A stretch of DNA of 64,000 nt from an uncultured Nitrososphaeraceae archaeon (GTDB lineage: Archaea > Thermoproteota > Nitrososphaeria > Nitrososphaerales > Nitrososphaeraceae). The notes beneath the pieces are model-generated. The model was not told the origin of the DNA, did no database searches, and saw only the letters and a list, made by a program, of their open reading frames with translations. Positions within the stretch are counted from its first letter, which is position 1, and the number at the start of each line of letters is the position of its first letter. The stretch spans positions 139,474 through 203,473 of the forward strand of contig CAVSMN010000015.1 of the NCBI GenBank assembly GCA_963729045.1, written 5' to 3'. Made by a program: the position numbers and the translations under genes. Shown piece after piece: positions 53,566 through 64,000 of the stretch.

Positions 53566-55089
53566 ATGGAGAGAATACTTTTAGCTAATAGAGGAGAAAT
53601 TGTGATAAGAGTGGCCAAGACATGTCGTAAACTAGGCTATTCTCCATGTGGAATATATTCTGATGCTGACAAGGATAGCTTGCATATAAAACACTGTGAC
53701 AGTGTAGAAAATATCGGGGGAAATTTACCCAATGAGAGTTATTTGAATATGATGAAGATAATTGATGCAGCAAGAAAAATGGATTGCACATTCATACATC
53801 CAGGATATGGTTTTCTTGCTGAAAAATCAGAATTTGCTAATTTGTGTAACAAAGAAGGATTGGTCTTTATTGGCCCTTCTGCTGATGTATTAAAAATTTC
53901 GGGAGATAAAGTGCTAGCTAAAGAGATATTATCAAACGTTGCTACTACTATAAAGGGTAAAGAAGTATCTGATATAGATGAGGCATTGGAATTTGCAGAA
54001 GAATTAGGATATCCGGTAATTATAAAAGCTGCAAGAGGAGGAGGTGGGAGGGGACTTCAAATTATAGATACTCCTCAACAATTGACAAAATTATTAAAGT
54101 TCTCTATAAGAGAAGCGTTATTAAGCTTTGGTTCAGGTAGAGTATATCTTGAAAAATATATACAAAATCCAAGACATATAGAAGTACAGATAATAGGTGA
54201 TCATTCGAGAGTAATCCATCTAGGAGAAAGAGAATGTACTATTCAGAGGAGACATCAAAAATTAATCGAAGAAACACCCTCGCCAGCATTAGATGACGTT
54301 TCTAGGGAGAGTTTGGTAAAAACTGCGGTTGAAATTATGGAAAAAATTCGATATGATAACGCCGGGACGGTCGAATTTCTATTAAAGAATGGTTCATTTT
54401 ATTTTATGGAGATAAATTCAAGGATACAAGTAGAACATCCTATAACAGAAGCCGTTACTGGAATTGATATAGTAGAACAACAACTTAACATATCATGTAG
54501 GGATGGGATGACACTTGAACAAAATGATATAAAAGCCAGTGGACATGCCATTGAGTGCAGAATAAATGCTGAACATCCTATTAGCTTTACACCATATCCT
54601 GGTTTGGTAAAGAATTATACCCCTCCTATTGATTCACAAAGTATTAGGATAGATAGTTCATTGTATACAGGATATAGCATCCCTCCATTTTATGACTCGT
54701 TAATTGCCAAAGTAATAGTCAGGGCAGAAAATAGAAAAGAGGCAATTGAAAAAATGAAAAATGCTCTCTTATCTTTCAGAATTTCTGGCATTCCATCAAC
54801 TATACCTTTTCATTTATCTGCTTTAAATGATGATCGATTTCTAACCGGAAATTACGATACTGCTTTTGTTGAAAAAATGAAATCATATTCAGAAAAGGAT
54901 GGAGAAATTGCAGCAATAGTATTTGAAAATATGTTGAAAAGACGAGGATCATCAGGTGAGTCCTTTAAAGAAGACGAAACAAAACAAGAAAATGAGCAGA
55001 GACAACCATGGATTTTAAGCAGATATGAAGAATTTCTTAAGTTACAAGGAAATTATAATTTAGAAAATTCTATGAGATGGGTCAAATGA
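53566..55089 (+). CDS. accC: Biotin carboxylase subunit
   Basis: ANRGEI, HPGYGFLAE, GGGGRG, ERECTIQRRHQK, EINSRIQVEH and YDSLIAK. Confidence 0.95.
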   Translation: MERILLANRGEIVIRVAKTCRKLGYSPCGIYSDADKDSLHIKHCDSVENIGGNLPNESYLNMMKIIDAARKMDCTFIHPGYGFLAEKSEFANLCNKEGLVFIGPSADVLKISGDKVLAKEILSNVATTIKGKEVSDIDEALEFAEELGYPVIIKAARGGGGRGLQIIDTPQQLTKLLKFSIREALLSFGSGRVYLEKYIQNPRHIEVQIIGDHSRVIHLGERECTIQRRHQKLIEETPSPALDDVSRESLVKTAVEIMEKIRYDNAGTVEFLLKNGSFYFMEINSRIQVEHPITEAVTGIDIVEQQLNISCRDGMTLEQNDIKASGHAIECRINAEHPISFTPYPGLVKNYTPPIDSQSIRIDSSLYTGYSIPPFYDSLIAKVIVRAENRKEAIEKMKNALLSFRISGIPSTIPFHLSALNDDRFLTGNYDTAFVEKMKSYSEKDGEIAAIVFENMLKRRGSSGESFKEDETKQENEQRQPWILSRYEEFLKLQGNYNLENSMRWVK

Positions 55090-55541
55090 AGTCAGAGGTT
55101 AACGGAACAACTTATGAAGTAAAAATGCAGGGGGACAAAATTCTTATAAATGAAAAAACTATAGATTTGACCAAAATAAAAGAAAATGAATTTGTTATAG
55201 ATTCAAAGAGGTTTTGTCTTGATTTTTATGAGAGAACAGGAATAGGAAATGAGGGTAAACAACAATCTTTCTTAATCATAAATGGCATGGCATACACGAT
55301 ATCTAAAATAAATATTGACCAAGAAACCATTCGGGAATTGCGTGCACCCATGAGTGGAAATATAATTGATATTTATGTGCAACTTGGATCATATGTTAAA
55401 ACGGGTGAATCTCTTTTAGTTCTTGAAGCAATGAAAATGCACAATGAAATCAAATCTCCAAGAGATGGAAAGATAATAGACATATTGTTCAACAAACAGC
55501 AACCTGTAAAAGCGGGAGAAATAATACTAATATTTGAATAG
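55086..55541 (+). CDS. accB: Biotin carboxyl carrier protein
   Basis: APMSG and the EAMKM biotinylation motif. The start is either 55077 or 55086. Confidence 0.93.
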   Translation: MKSEVNGTTYEVKMQGDKILINEKTIDLTKIKENEFVIDSKRFCLDFYERTGIGNEGKQQSFLIINGMAYTISKINIDQETIRELRAPMSGNIIDIYVQLGSYVKTGESLLVLEAMKMHNEIKSPRDGKIIDILFNKQQPVKAGEIILIFE

Positions 55542-56575
55542 TACTTGCTATCAGAAATGTTATATTTAGATGACCTTAATATACTATAAAGTTTCTTTAT
55601 ATGTGAATTTCAAATAAAAACAAAAAAAGTTATGTCTGTTTTATAATTTGGTAATCCTAACTATATAAGAATATAATTCAACAAATTAGTTGTTATTTGA
55701 TTTTATGATTAGAGCTATAATATGATGGCGTTTATTGGCATTTCTGATTTTTTTAATCAATAATAATGAGAAATCTAAGGTAATAGCACGCGATAATCAT
55801 ATCTTCTAACATCACCTGATTTTGTAATTATCCGATATTCATTATCTTATGGTAGTTTACCAGTCGTAATACCATATCTGAAACCCAATCATACTTAATC
55901 TGTATCTGAAGTTACCAATCCTTATTCTATATTTCTTCAATCGGTATATCGGATATTTCAGATAACGTCTCTATGATTGATGGAGATGATGATGTAACAG
56001 ATACCATCATAGTTGTTACTGGTCCGATGGGAACTACATCCAACTCATATAATGGACCCGTATAATTTACAAATATTAATTCAAGCACTGTCTCCGGGAT
56101 TAGTGAAACAACTCTACCATTACAAGGGATCATAGGCTCCGTAAATAGCATAAAAATACAGATTCAGCATAATACTGGAGGGAGTGCTAATGGTAATCAG
56201 ACATTTCGTACTCATATGAATCACTATTCCAAAGTCAATCAACTAATCAGAACAGCAATGTTGTTTCATGATTTATGCTTTCTTAATAAAATGCAGAAGA
56301 TGTAAGATATCTCAATTTAATATTTTTTCAAAGATACGAGAGTTTACTTATCAATAAATTGCTAATAAATTATAAGGTGAGCCCCGTGGGGTTTGTATCC
56401 ATGAGGGATAGTGGATCTGTTAACTTAGTAATTTTTTGTTTAGATGAATTCAAGTCTAGTTGTACCTCATAAGGTAATAAACAAAACAACTGTTCAGTGT
56501 TGTTTAGCAGTAGATTATGTCATCGAAAATCTTTAATATCTTTTACCATCTAATCCGATAGTATATAATTATATA

Positions 56576-57610
56576 TTGGGTTGTTTTCACGATATTGTGG
56601 ATACGCCCAGAAATTGGCAAAACGTCAAAGAAAAAATAGAGTCTGTCTTATTAACTATTAAAACAGATCCATTAATTGATAGTTTAGTTAAAACGTCTCT
56701 ATCGTCTATTCCTGGGATAGGGCTTTTCTTATCCGTAATTTATGACAATTCTATAGTTCCACCAAATGAAAAATCCAAACAAGTTATACTACTTTTGGAG
56801 AACTTACAAAGACTATCAGAAAGAGAATTTGAAAATTTATATGACATGATAATAAAAAATGAAATGCAACTCATAGAAAATACTAAGTCGCTTGAAAGCT
56901 TGATTCAAAAAATAGACATTTTTAGAGGATATTTTTTGATTATAGAAAAGAATCAATTGGAGGAAATAATGCTCAGTTCTCAAACTCTTGAAAAAATAAA
57001 AGATCTAGAAAAGAGTATAGCAGATAGATTTGATAACACTTTGCGAGATATTAGAATAGTAACACTTTCAATTGAAAGATATAATTATCTTATTCCCTCC
57101 GAACGTCTGCTGTTCTATTTATCATTAATGGAAAATCTTCACATGTCAAAGGTTGTATATACTTCACATTTAGTAATAAGAAATGAGCTCTATGGTCTAT
57201 TGCTAAAGAAGTACCAGCACGCAATAAATGATTATCATGAAAAAAACAGCGGTCGCGACGTTGGATATGATGAAATTTTCTATTATTTTCATAATAATAT
57301 GGATCAGTATCAATTATCTCTTTTTGACTTCCTGAGGAAAAATACTGAGGATACAAAAAAATTCAATTTCTATGCTGCTAGTCTCATTAAGAATAATCCT
57401 GAATTTGTAGAAGAATTGCCAGAACTAAAACAACTATTGGATCATTTTAGTATATGGCAATGCAGGTATGAAATATTCAAAAAAGATCCTCATATGTGTT
57501 TGATTTATCTGGGTCCAAAACTTAAGAAACAATATCCGAAGGTGATAGATCATTATATTCAGAAAATTATAGATGATCTCAGAAGGGATCTAGATTTAAA
57601 AGAATTTTGA
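56576..57610 (+). CDS. Hypothetical protein (helical N-terminus, coiled coil, uncharacterised C-terminal domain)
   Basis: 344-aa intact ORF; no motif that I recognise. Confidence 0.7.
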   Translation: MGCFHDIVDTPRNWQNVKEKIESVLLTIKTDPLIDSLVKTSLSSIPGIGLFLSVIYDNSIVPPNEKSKQVILLLENLQRLSEREFENLYDMIIKNEMQLIENTKSLESLIQKIDIFRGYFLIIEKNQLEEIMLSSQTLEKIKDLEKSIADRFDNTLRDIRIVTLSIERYNYLIPSERLLFYLSLMENLHMSKVVYTSHLVIRNELYGLLLKKYQHAINDYHEKNSGRDVGYDEIFYYFHNNMDQYQLSLFDFLRKNTEDTKKFNFYAASLIKNNPEFVEELPELKQLLDHFSIWQCRYEIFKKDPHMCLIYLGPKLKKQYPKVIDHYIQKIIDDLRRDLDLKEF

Positions 57611-58176
57611 TGTTGATAGATAATAAGATGAGTATACACAAGTATTGCGAATTTAAAGGAGGGATAACAGAATGAAAATTACGTCATATTTAAATTGGAT
57701 CAAAGTTAAAAATTATTACCTTACATAGGTAATCTGGATGGAATTGCCTGAGATGATTCCAAAATTATTAATAATGCCCTTTTATTTGAAAATTATCATT
57801 CTACCCGTTGTTGCTTCATGATAGGCAGGCTTCGAATCCATGAGATATATGGGACCTGAATTTTCTATTTATACTTGTATAGAAATGTGTAGAGTTATGT
57901 ATCCTCCCTCGATTTTTACAGATGATACAAACATCAATATCAAGTCTTATCAGATCAGTTTAAGGTTAGTAGCTGTTAAGACCATCAAAAATCGATAATA
58001 AAATGATTAGATCCAACATTATAAAAACAACAGAATAATCCTAAGACATTGTGGATTAAATCCGTCTCTAAAATTTTTATGGACTGAATTTAACAAACAT
58101 TTTCAATAATAACTGTCTGATTAGCAAGAGCCATAAAAATAGATAAAGGGTAGAAATTAGTATGTGAAATAAATAT

Positions 58177-58473
58177 ATGAATAATGGTAATCAAGGAAAA
58201 CCATCACCGAATAAAGGTGAAATATTGCGAGTTTGTATTCAATTATATTCTTACCATGATAGAAGAATTAATGAAACAGAGTTGTCTGTAGGTGAATTAT
58301 ATCATGAAATATTTGGGAATGATGGTAGGTTAGACTTTAATAATTTTAAAAGCGATATCGACTGGTTAAATTCAAATGGTCTAATATCCATAAAGAATAA
58401 TATCATAGTTATCGATAACAACGTTGCAAAAACCTTGATAGATTACGTTTTTGAACATAAAAATGAAATCTGA
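58177..58473 (+). CDS. Small winged-helix-like protein
   Basis: ELSVGELY..IF ... IDWLNSNGLISI fits a wHTH pattern. Confidence 0.5.
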   Translation: MNNGNQGKPSPNKGEILRVCIQLYSYHDRRINETELSVGELYHEIFGNDGRLDFNNFKSDIDWLNSNGLISIKNNIIVIDNNVAKTLIDYVFEHKNEI

Positions 58474-59049
58474 TTATTTAGACGATTGAGATCCACTCGA
58501 ACTTGTTTAATATAACGATAATAACCTCAAATATTCAATCTTTAGTATCTTAATTTGAATTCCGCGAGAGGTCTAAAAATGATCATACATCGACTAGACG
58601 AATAAGAAACACTGCACAAAATAATGTTCCAAAAGCCTTTACACAAATAAACAAGTTCGTATAGAACATATGAAATTATCTCTGTAATTATTGAAGAATT
58701 TGTAGATAATTTCTATCATAGAACGTCAATCAAAGATTATATAAATACTAAATATGTCATTTTGTTTTATAGAGTATCATTTTTCTCCACTCTACAGGAA
58801 GATTCAGTTGACTTTGTTAGGTAAATGTAAACCATATATCTTTCTCTAGTTGCCTAATAAGCTTGGACCTAATTTAGAGAACTGATATCAGTATTTGCCT
58901 CCTCGTACAGTTAAGATCTCTTATGGTCTGGGATTAAATCATACCTTTTGATGTCGACTCTAAATCCAAACCAAATCGATTACAATTCAAATCTATATCG
59001 TTACCAATTATTTGTTTACACTAAATTATGGAACTAATAAAAATATTTG

Positions 59050-59572
59050 CTAATTGTCTGAAAGAGATTCTTTATTATCCCCATATTTTCCTGTAGCCTC
59101 ATTTACTTTAATTCGATACACCACAATATCAAAAATTTCCTTATTATTACTATGTAAAAATGGCGATAAAAATGAGTGCTGAAATGCAAAATTTTTGATA
59201 CCTAGATTATCAGGACCATAGGTTTCAGTCGGAGAGGATTTTCTATCTAAATTAGACATTAATTGATTTCATCAGAATTTCCAATCCTTTATTAGCTTCA
59301 TCTCCTTTCAGTTCCTCAAAGGTTCCATAAACAATCACACTTTTCCAATTGCTCATGTCTTTCATCCAATCAATTTCAAAACAGACATTTGGATTATTTC
59401 GCATCATTTGGATTTTCAATCCATCCTTTGTATGCCCATAAATGTATCCATTATCATAAGCATAAGTGATAGGAACAACATAGACTTTGTTACCATCAAA
59501 ACATCCCAATCTGCCTATTAATTCTGATTTTAAAAGATCATCAATTTGACTCTTATCCAAATCGCCCCACAT
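59050..59572 (-). CDS. Pyridoxamine 5'-phosphate oxidase-like (NimA-type) flavin-binding protein, frameshift near 59260
   Basis: GRLGC..YVVPITY, GLKIQMMRNNPNVCFEID, WKSVIVYG and VYRIKVNEATGK. Confidence 0.88.
59326..59399. repeat. 74-bp direct repeat, copy 2 (inside the PNPOx-like gene)
   Basis: Matches 51274-51347 at 73 of 74 positions. Confidence 0.95.
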
Positions 59573-59860
59573 GATTAGAGTATTACATATTCTATGATTA
59601 AAAACATATACTAATAATAGATTTTAGCAGCTCTGCGAAGTTGATATCAACACCAGCAGCTTTATGGTGTCGCATCTCTAAGTAATTTTGATTTATTGTC
59701 ATATTTTCATAGTATTTTCAAATTCTTTGAAATAGGAATTTGTGGATACCTTAGGGATGGTTAGAGGTGCAACTCAGATTTGAATTTTCAACTATCCTCC
59801 TACTCAATCGGCAATAAAATATTAAATAATAAAGTCTAATTATGCTAATCAGACAATTCA

Positions 59861-61619
59861 TCATCCATAGATGATGCTTATCAGGAAAGGTCCTAGTATT
59901 ATTAAGACAATGAGCCTCAATAAATCAGATACCATACCCGTTTTGAACATATTTAGAATTGTGACCGCTTTTGAGGAATATACTATTGCCATTGGTGGTG
60001 TTGTGGAAGGAAGAGCACTTGAGATTGAGGCACCAAGCCCTGCTGCAATAATTGACGGAATGGGGCTAAAACCAGCACCTATTGCAAGAGATGCTGCGAT
60101 AGGACATACTATTACCGCAGAAGCGGTGTTTGATGCAGCATATGACAGTAAAAAGGCCATTACGGCACTTATTGCAAATATTCCCCATTCTGTAGAAAGC
60201 GGACCGGCATTCTCGGAAATCAGATTCCCTAACAGGGTGGCAAGACCACTAGCCTCTATTCCAAGACCTAGCACTAAGCCTCCGCCAAAAAGGAATACGA
60301 TATTCCAATCAATAGATTTTAGAATATCATTCCAAGATAATATCGGTTGCCACGAATAGGGAGCGCGTTTTCCTTGATTTGTTCCTATCTTTTCTACAAC
60401 TTCTCCTGTATCATTTGTTCTGTATACCTTGATTTTGACCAACCCTATCAACAATATTATCAGCAGGGCAGGCACGGACTCTGGAATGTTACCAAGGATA
60501 TTAATTATTTGGTTTGACAAATGACTCATGGTGTTCACAACACCATTTAAATCGCCGTTTCCATCATCAGGATAAAACGATCTCAAAACTGAAGGAATAA
60601 TCCACAAAGACATTGCCAAAAAAAGTATGGTTAAGACTGCTTTTTCCTCGGTTTTGATTTTTCCGGCCTTTCCCAAGCTGTTCTTGAATTGATCCCTAAT
60701 CTTTGAAGGAAAATTAATTTTTGGGCACAAAAGCAGGAAAACTATGTTCCATGATATTAGTAACCCAATAACTGCAAGAGGCAATCCTATAACAAGCCAG
60801 TCAGTAAATGAAACTGTCATACCAGGAACAAAGTCTTCCACTGTAGCCTTGGCAATGAGGTTGGGAGCAGTGCTTATCAAAAGGAGCATGGCTCCAGCGG
60901 TAGCAGCCTGTCCCAAGGAAAGAAAACTAGCCTCGGTGTATTTGTTTATTTCTGCGTCATTATTTGATATTTTGTTACTATCTACATCTAAAGAGCGTGA
61001 GTCGATATGTCTATCAATATTGTTATTACTTAGTCGATTCGACTCAAGAAAGGATGTTTTTAAGGGTACTTAGATAGGCCAAAACAAAGGGAAAAACAAT
61101 TGTTGTGGATGCCGTAATGGAACCAGTCATGGAGAGCAAAAATACAGGAAGGCAAGCAACAAAGAATATGGCCATCTTTGGGTTGTTACCTTTGTAGAAT
61201 AAAGCAAGTTTGAAAGCTATCCTTTTGTCGAGACCACATTTCTTGAAGGCTGCTGCCAGAACAAACCCCGATATGAATATCCATATTATTGGATCGGCGA
61301 ATTTGGGCAATGCCTCGTCAACAGTAAGAATGCCCGTTATTATAAAGATAAATGGTGCCAACAAACTTGTAAAACCCAGTGGTACACATTCCGTTACCCA
61401 CCAAATGATCATCCAGAGCATTGTTCCCAATGCAATTTGAGGTAGAATTACAGTAAACAAACTTTCTGTCTCTGACTGTGATGATGAATTTTCGAAAATC
61501 GCACCACTAGGAAAAGGGATCAAAAGCATGGTTAGGAAAAGAATTGGCCCAAGAATCAGACCAAGGTTTCTCTTCAGATTCTGTTCTGAAAAATTCCGTG
61601 TTCCAATGTTCTTTTTCAT
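59861..61619 (-). CDS. SLC13/DASS family anion (dicarboxylate/sulfate) transporter, frameshift near 61055
   Basis: WWVTECVP, GLDKRIA, STAPN, IDWNIVFLFGGG, ASNTASA and PSTTPPMAIVY. Confidence 0.9.
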
Positions 61620-62307
61620 TTTGACCTATATTACCTGTTCGACCTGAATATTAGTAGATGACTATTGTCAGAGATTGCATATAAGTATCACAAATAGTGT
61701 GAAACAATTTCGAAAGGGGAGATGGGATTTGATTCGAGATATTATGGATATATGCTAATACAACAAATCTATAATGCCCATCCGGGGTTATACAACTGTT
61801 TTCTTTTCGCATTTCTTTTACCATGCCTTTGCAAACTCCAATTCCTGCTTTGTTTTTAGGATTCTCTATCCGGTATATTTTACACCTCTTTTCTTGGACC
61901 TTGATGAGATCTCAAAGTCGTTTAAGTCCTGTTTTTCAGTTTTTTGGTGAGAATGTTTTTTATATGTCAATCCAAAAATCTATATCAGGGTAGAACTCTT
62001 ATCGATCTCAAAATCCTTCTGTTGATATTAGAATAATTATATCAATCCAAGGGATAACATACACTCCTCATGAGATATTTGTTGTTCAGAAATGGAAAAT
62101 TCAAATTGGTAAACTGCTATGGAAATGATTTGTTTGGATATCTCAAGGGTTAAATGAGTTCCTAATTAATTAACAATCAATTAACTTGCTATAATCGCCC
62201 AAAATAGATATGGATTTCCTACTTACAGATTATATAAACTATGATACGATTCTCATTATCAAGAATGAGAAGTAGCTTTTATGTAACTTCTAAATCCCTT
62301 TTTATCG

Positions 62308-63132
62308 ATGGATAATAAAAATAAAATTTCAAATATTTCATCTACTTTTAGTCTATTGCTGGTATGTTAGCATTATCTGGACCCATTTCTTATGTTTTTT
62401 CAAATGATGTATTTGCGCAAACAAATTCCTATCATAATAGTGGTGGTGATGTACAGCCAAATATTAATGCAGAAAGCATTTTTAACACCAAAACAATGAC
62501 TTTGGGTAATAATATAAAAAATCTTGTTATCCTTATTCCTAATGAAGGTCATCATGCTGCTGGTGAAGACAATGAAGCCAGATTTTTGGACCAACATTTT
62601 GTACCAGAAAATGCAGTAGTTAACACTGGTACTACCGTACAATGGTTTAACGGTGATGCAGGTCATGAACGCACTATAGATGTTAAAGATGACTGACTGG
62701 TAGATACGTGTATTTAATACCGGAGAAATCGTTGATAGTCAAGCATCAACTCCATTTACTTTTAGTAATCCAGGTGTGTATAACTATGAAGCAGAAGGTG
62801 ACCCAGGTGTAACAATGACTGGTTCAGTCACAGTAGGCAACATTCAATCACCTGTTACACCGTCTAGCCCATCTACCTCAAATTCAAGTTCAAGTGGTAT
62901 TGATACCGTAGGAATTTTAATGGTTCCAACACAAGATATTGATGACTATATTCAACAGATAACAGGTGCAGGAATTACTGTTGACAATACATATGACTTT
63001 AAAGACTTGAGAGGCGGGCAAGAAGGAACAGGAGATACACAAACATTAATTGTATGGACAACAGGTGGCAAGGATTTAAGTCAAACACTTTCATTCTTAA
63101 GTGGACTTTCCTCTGATTTGCCATATAGTTAA
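62308..63132 (+). CDS. Secreted cupredoxin-fold protein, frameshifted
   Basis: FVPENAVVNTGTTVQWFNGD.GH and TF.NPGVYNY...MTGSVTV. Removing clustered extra bases at ~62690-62710 restores DADGSTVFNTGEI. The start is approximate. Confidence 0.7.
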
Positions 63133-63348
63133 TAACAAACTATTTTTATTTTTGATTGAACATTGAACATTACTGTGAATTTTTTTAGAGATATTATCAT
63201 TTTAAAATAGAATTTATTTGTTTTAAATGCAAACGAACCTAAATTATTTATGGGGCTAAACGATTCTATTATCATTTATTTCGTAAATCCAATCCCGTTC
63301 ATTCAACTTTTTTGTAGATTTTTATACCAGAATTAGTATGTTACTTAT

Positions 63349-63768
63349 ATGAACCAAAAACTAAGACAGATATTATTTTCTATTTTTATCTTATCATCTA
63401 TCATAGGTGTTACATCCTATGCCACTGTTCAGGTTTATGCTCAAGGGAGTCATTCAGAATCTGATTCAACACCGATCTCTGCCATTATAATGATAACTTC
63501 GGATGATCAAGGGAATCCAGTATTTAGTCCGATGAAAACTACCATAAAGCAAGGTGAAGAATTATTAGTCTTGAATAATTTGACAGAAACTCATACTTTC
63601 ACCAACGGAAATGGCACAGGAGATTCTATGGATGGCAAAATATTTACAGTAGATATATCTCCTGGAAGTTTTTCAGAATATCTGGCTACAAACATTTCTC
63701 CAGGTAATTATTCATTCTATTCAAAAAATGACCCCAACCTGAAAGGAGAATTAGTCATCCTACCGTAA
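63349..63768 (+). CDS. Secreted cupredoxin/plastocyanin-fold protein lacking the Cys-His-Met ligands
   Basis: Signal peptide, FSP...IKQGE, NN..THTFT and PGNYSFYSKNDPNLKGELVI. Confidence 0.7.
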   Translation: MNQKLRQILFSIFILSSIIGVTSYATVQVYAQGSHSESDSTPISAIIMITSDDQGNPVFSPMKTTIKQGEELLVLNNLTETHTFTNGNGTGDSMDGKIFTVDISPGSFSEYLATNISPGNYSFYSKNDPNLKGELVILP

Positions 63769-64000
63769 ATTTTGTTTTTTATCAATACTGAACATGAATT
63801 TTAAGTGAATAGTGTTCACTCCTCATCCATTAAATCTTTTGTTTTACAAAAGATTTTAACTGAGTCTGAAGGATTTTGCCGTCGGCTAGATTCTTGCCGA
63901 ACCTAATCCTACAAACTATATTTTAGTCATTAATCTTTCTGCAGAAAAAGAATCCAATGCGTGCCATTTATAGTATCAAAGTAGGAAATATTGTGCAATA

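Noticed and set aside
321..62666. Many antisense or overlapping ORFs in the track (e.g. 321-797, 8579-9064, 52555-52941, 55927-56151, 59871-60359)
   Set aside because: They are shadows of well-supported genes or remnants on the other strand or frame and have no recognisable motifs.

Overview
This is an AT-rich archaeal chromosomal window whose gene content (Pth2, split archaeal glutamate synthase, two-domain multicopper oxidase with ZIP transporter, many secreted and cupredoxin-like proteins) fits a soil-type ammonia-oxidising archaeon (Nitrososphaeraceae, most likely Ca. Nitrosocosmicus; this is an inference). I found no rRNA, intact tRNA, CRISPR array or transposase. About a dozen genes, including topoisomerase IA, are broken by single-base indels that look like uncorrected long-read errors, so split genes are reconstructed rather than called pseudogenes. 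Main candidates for novelty: (1) a co-oriented fixAB-fixCX / glnA / four-gene split GOGAT cluster that has no GltD and includes a catalytically degenerate FMN-subunit paralogue; (2) a eukaryote-like Png1/NGLY1 peptide:N-glycanase divergent from an M1 aminopeptidase; (3) a bacterial-looking acyl-CoA carboxylase operon inside an ~8 kb segment bounded by a 74-bp direct repeat and containing gene remnants; (4) two operator motif families read directly from the DNA, one DtxR/MntR-like and one SufR-like; (5) a HerA-like ATPase paired with a metallophosphoesterase, and cupredoxin-like proteins lacking copper ligands.
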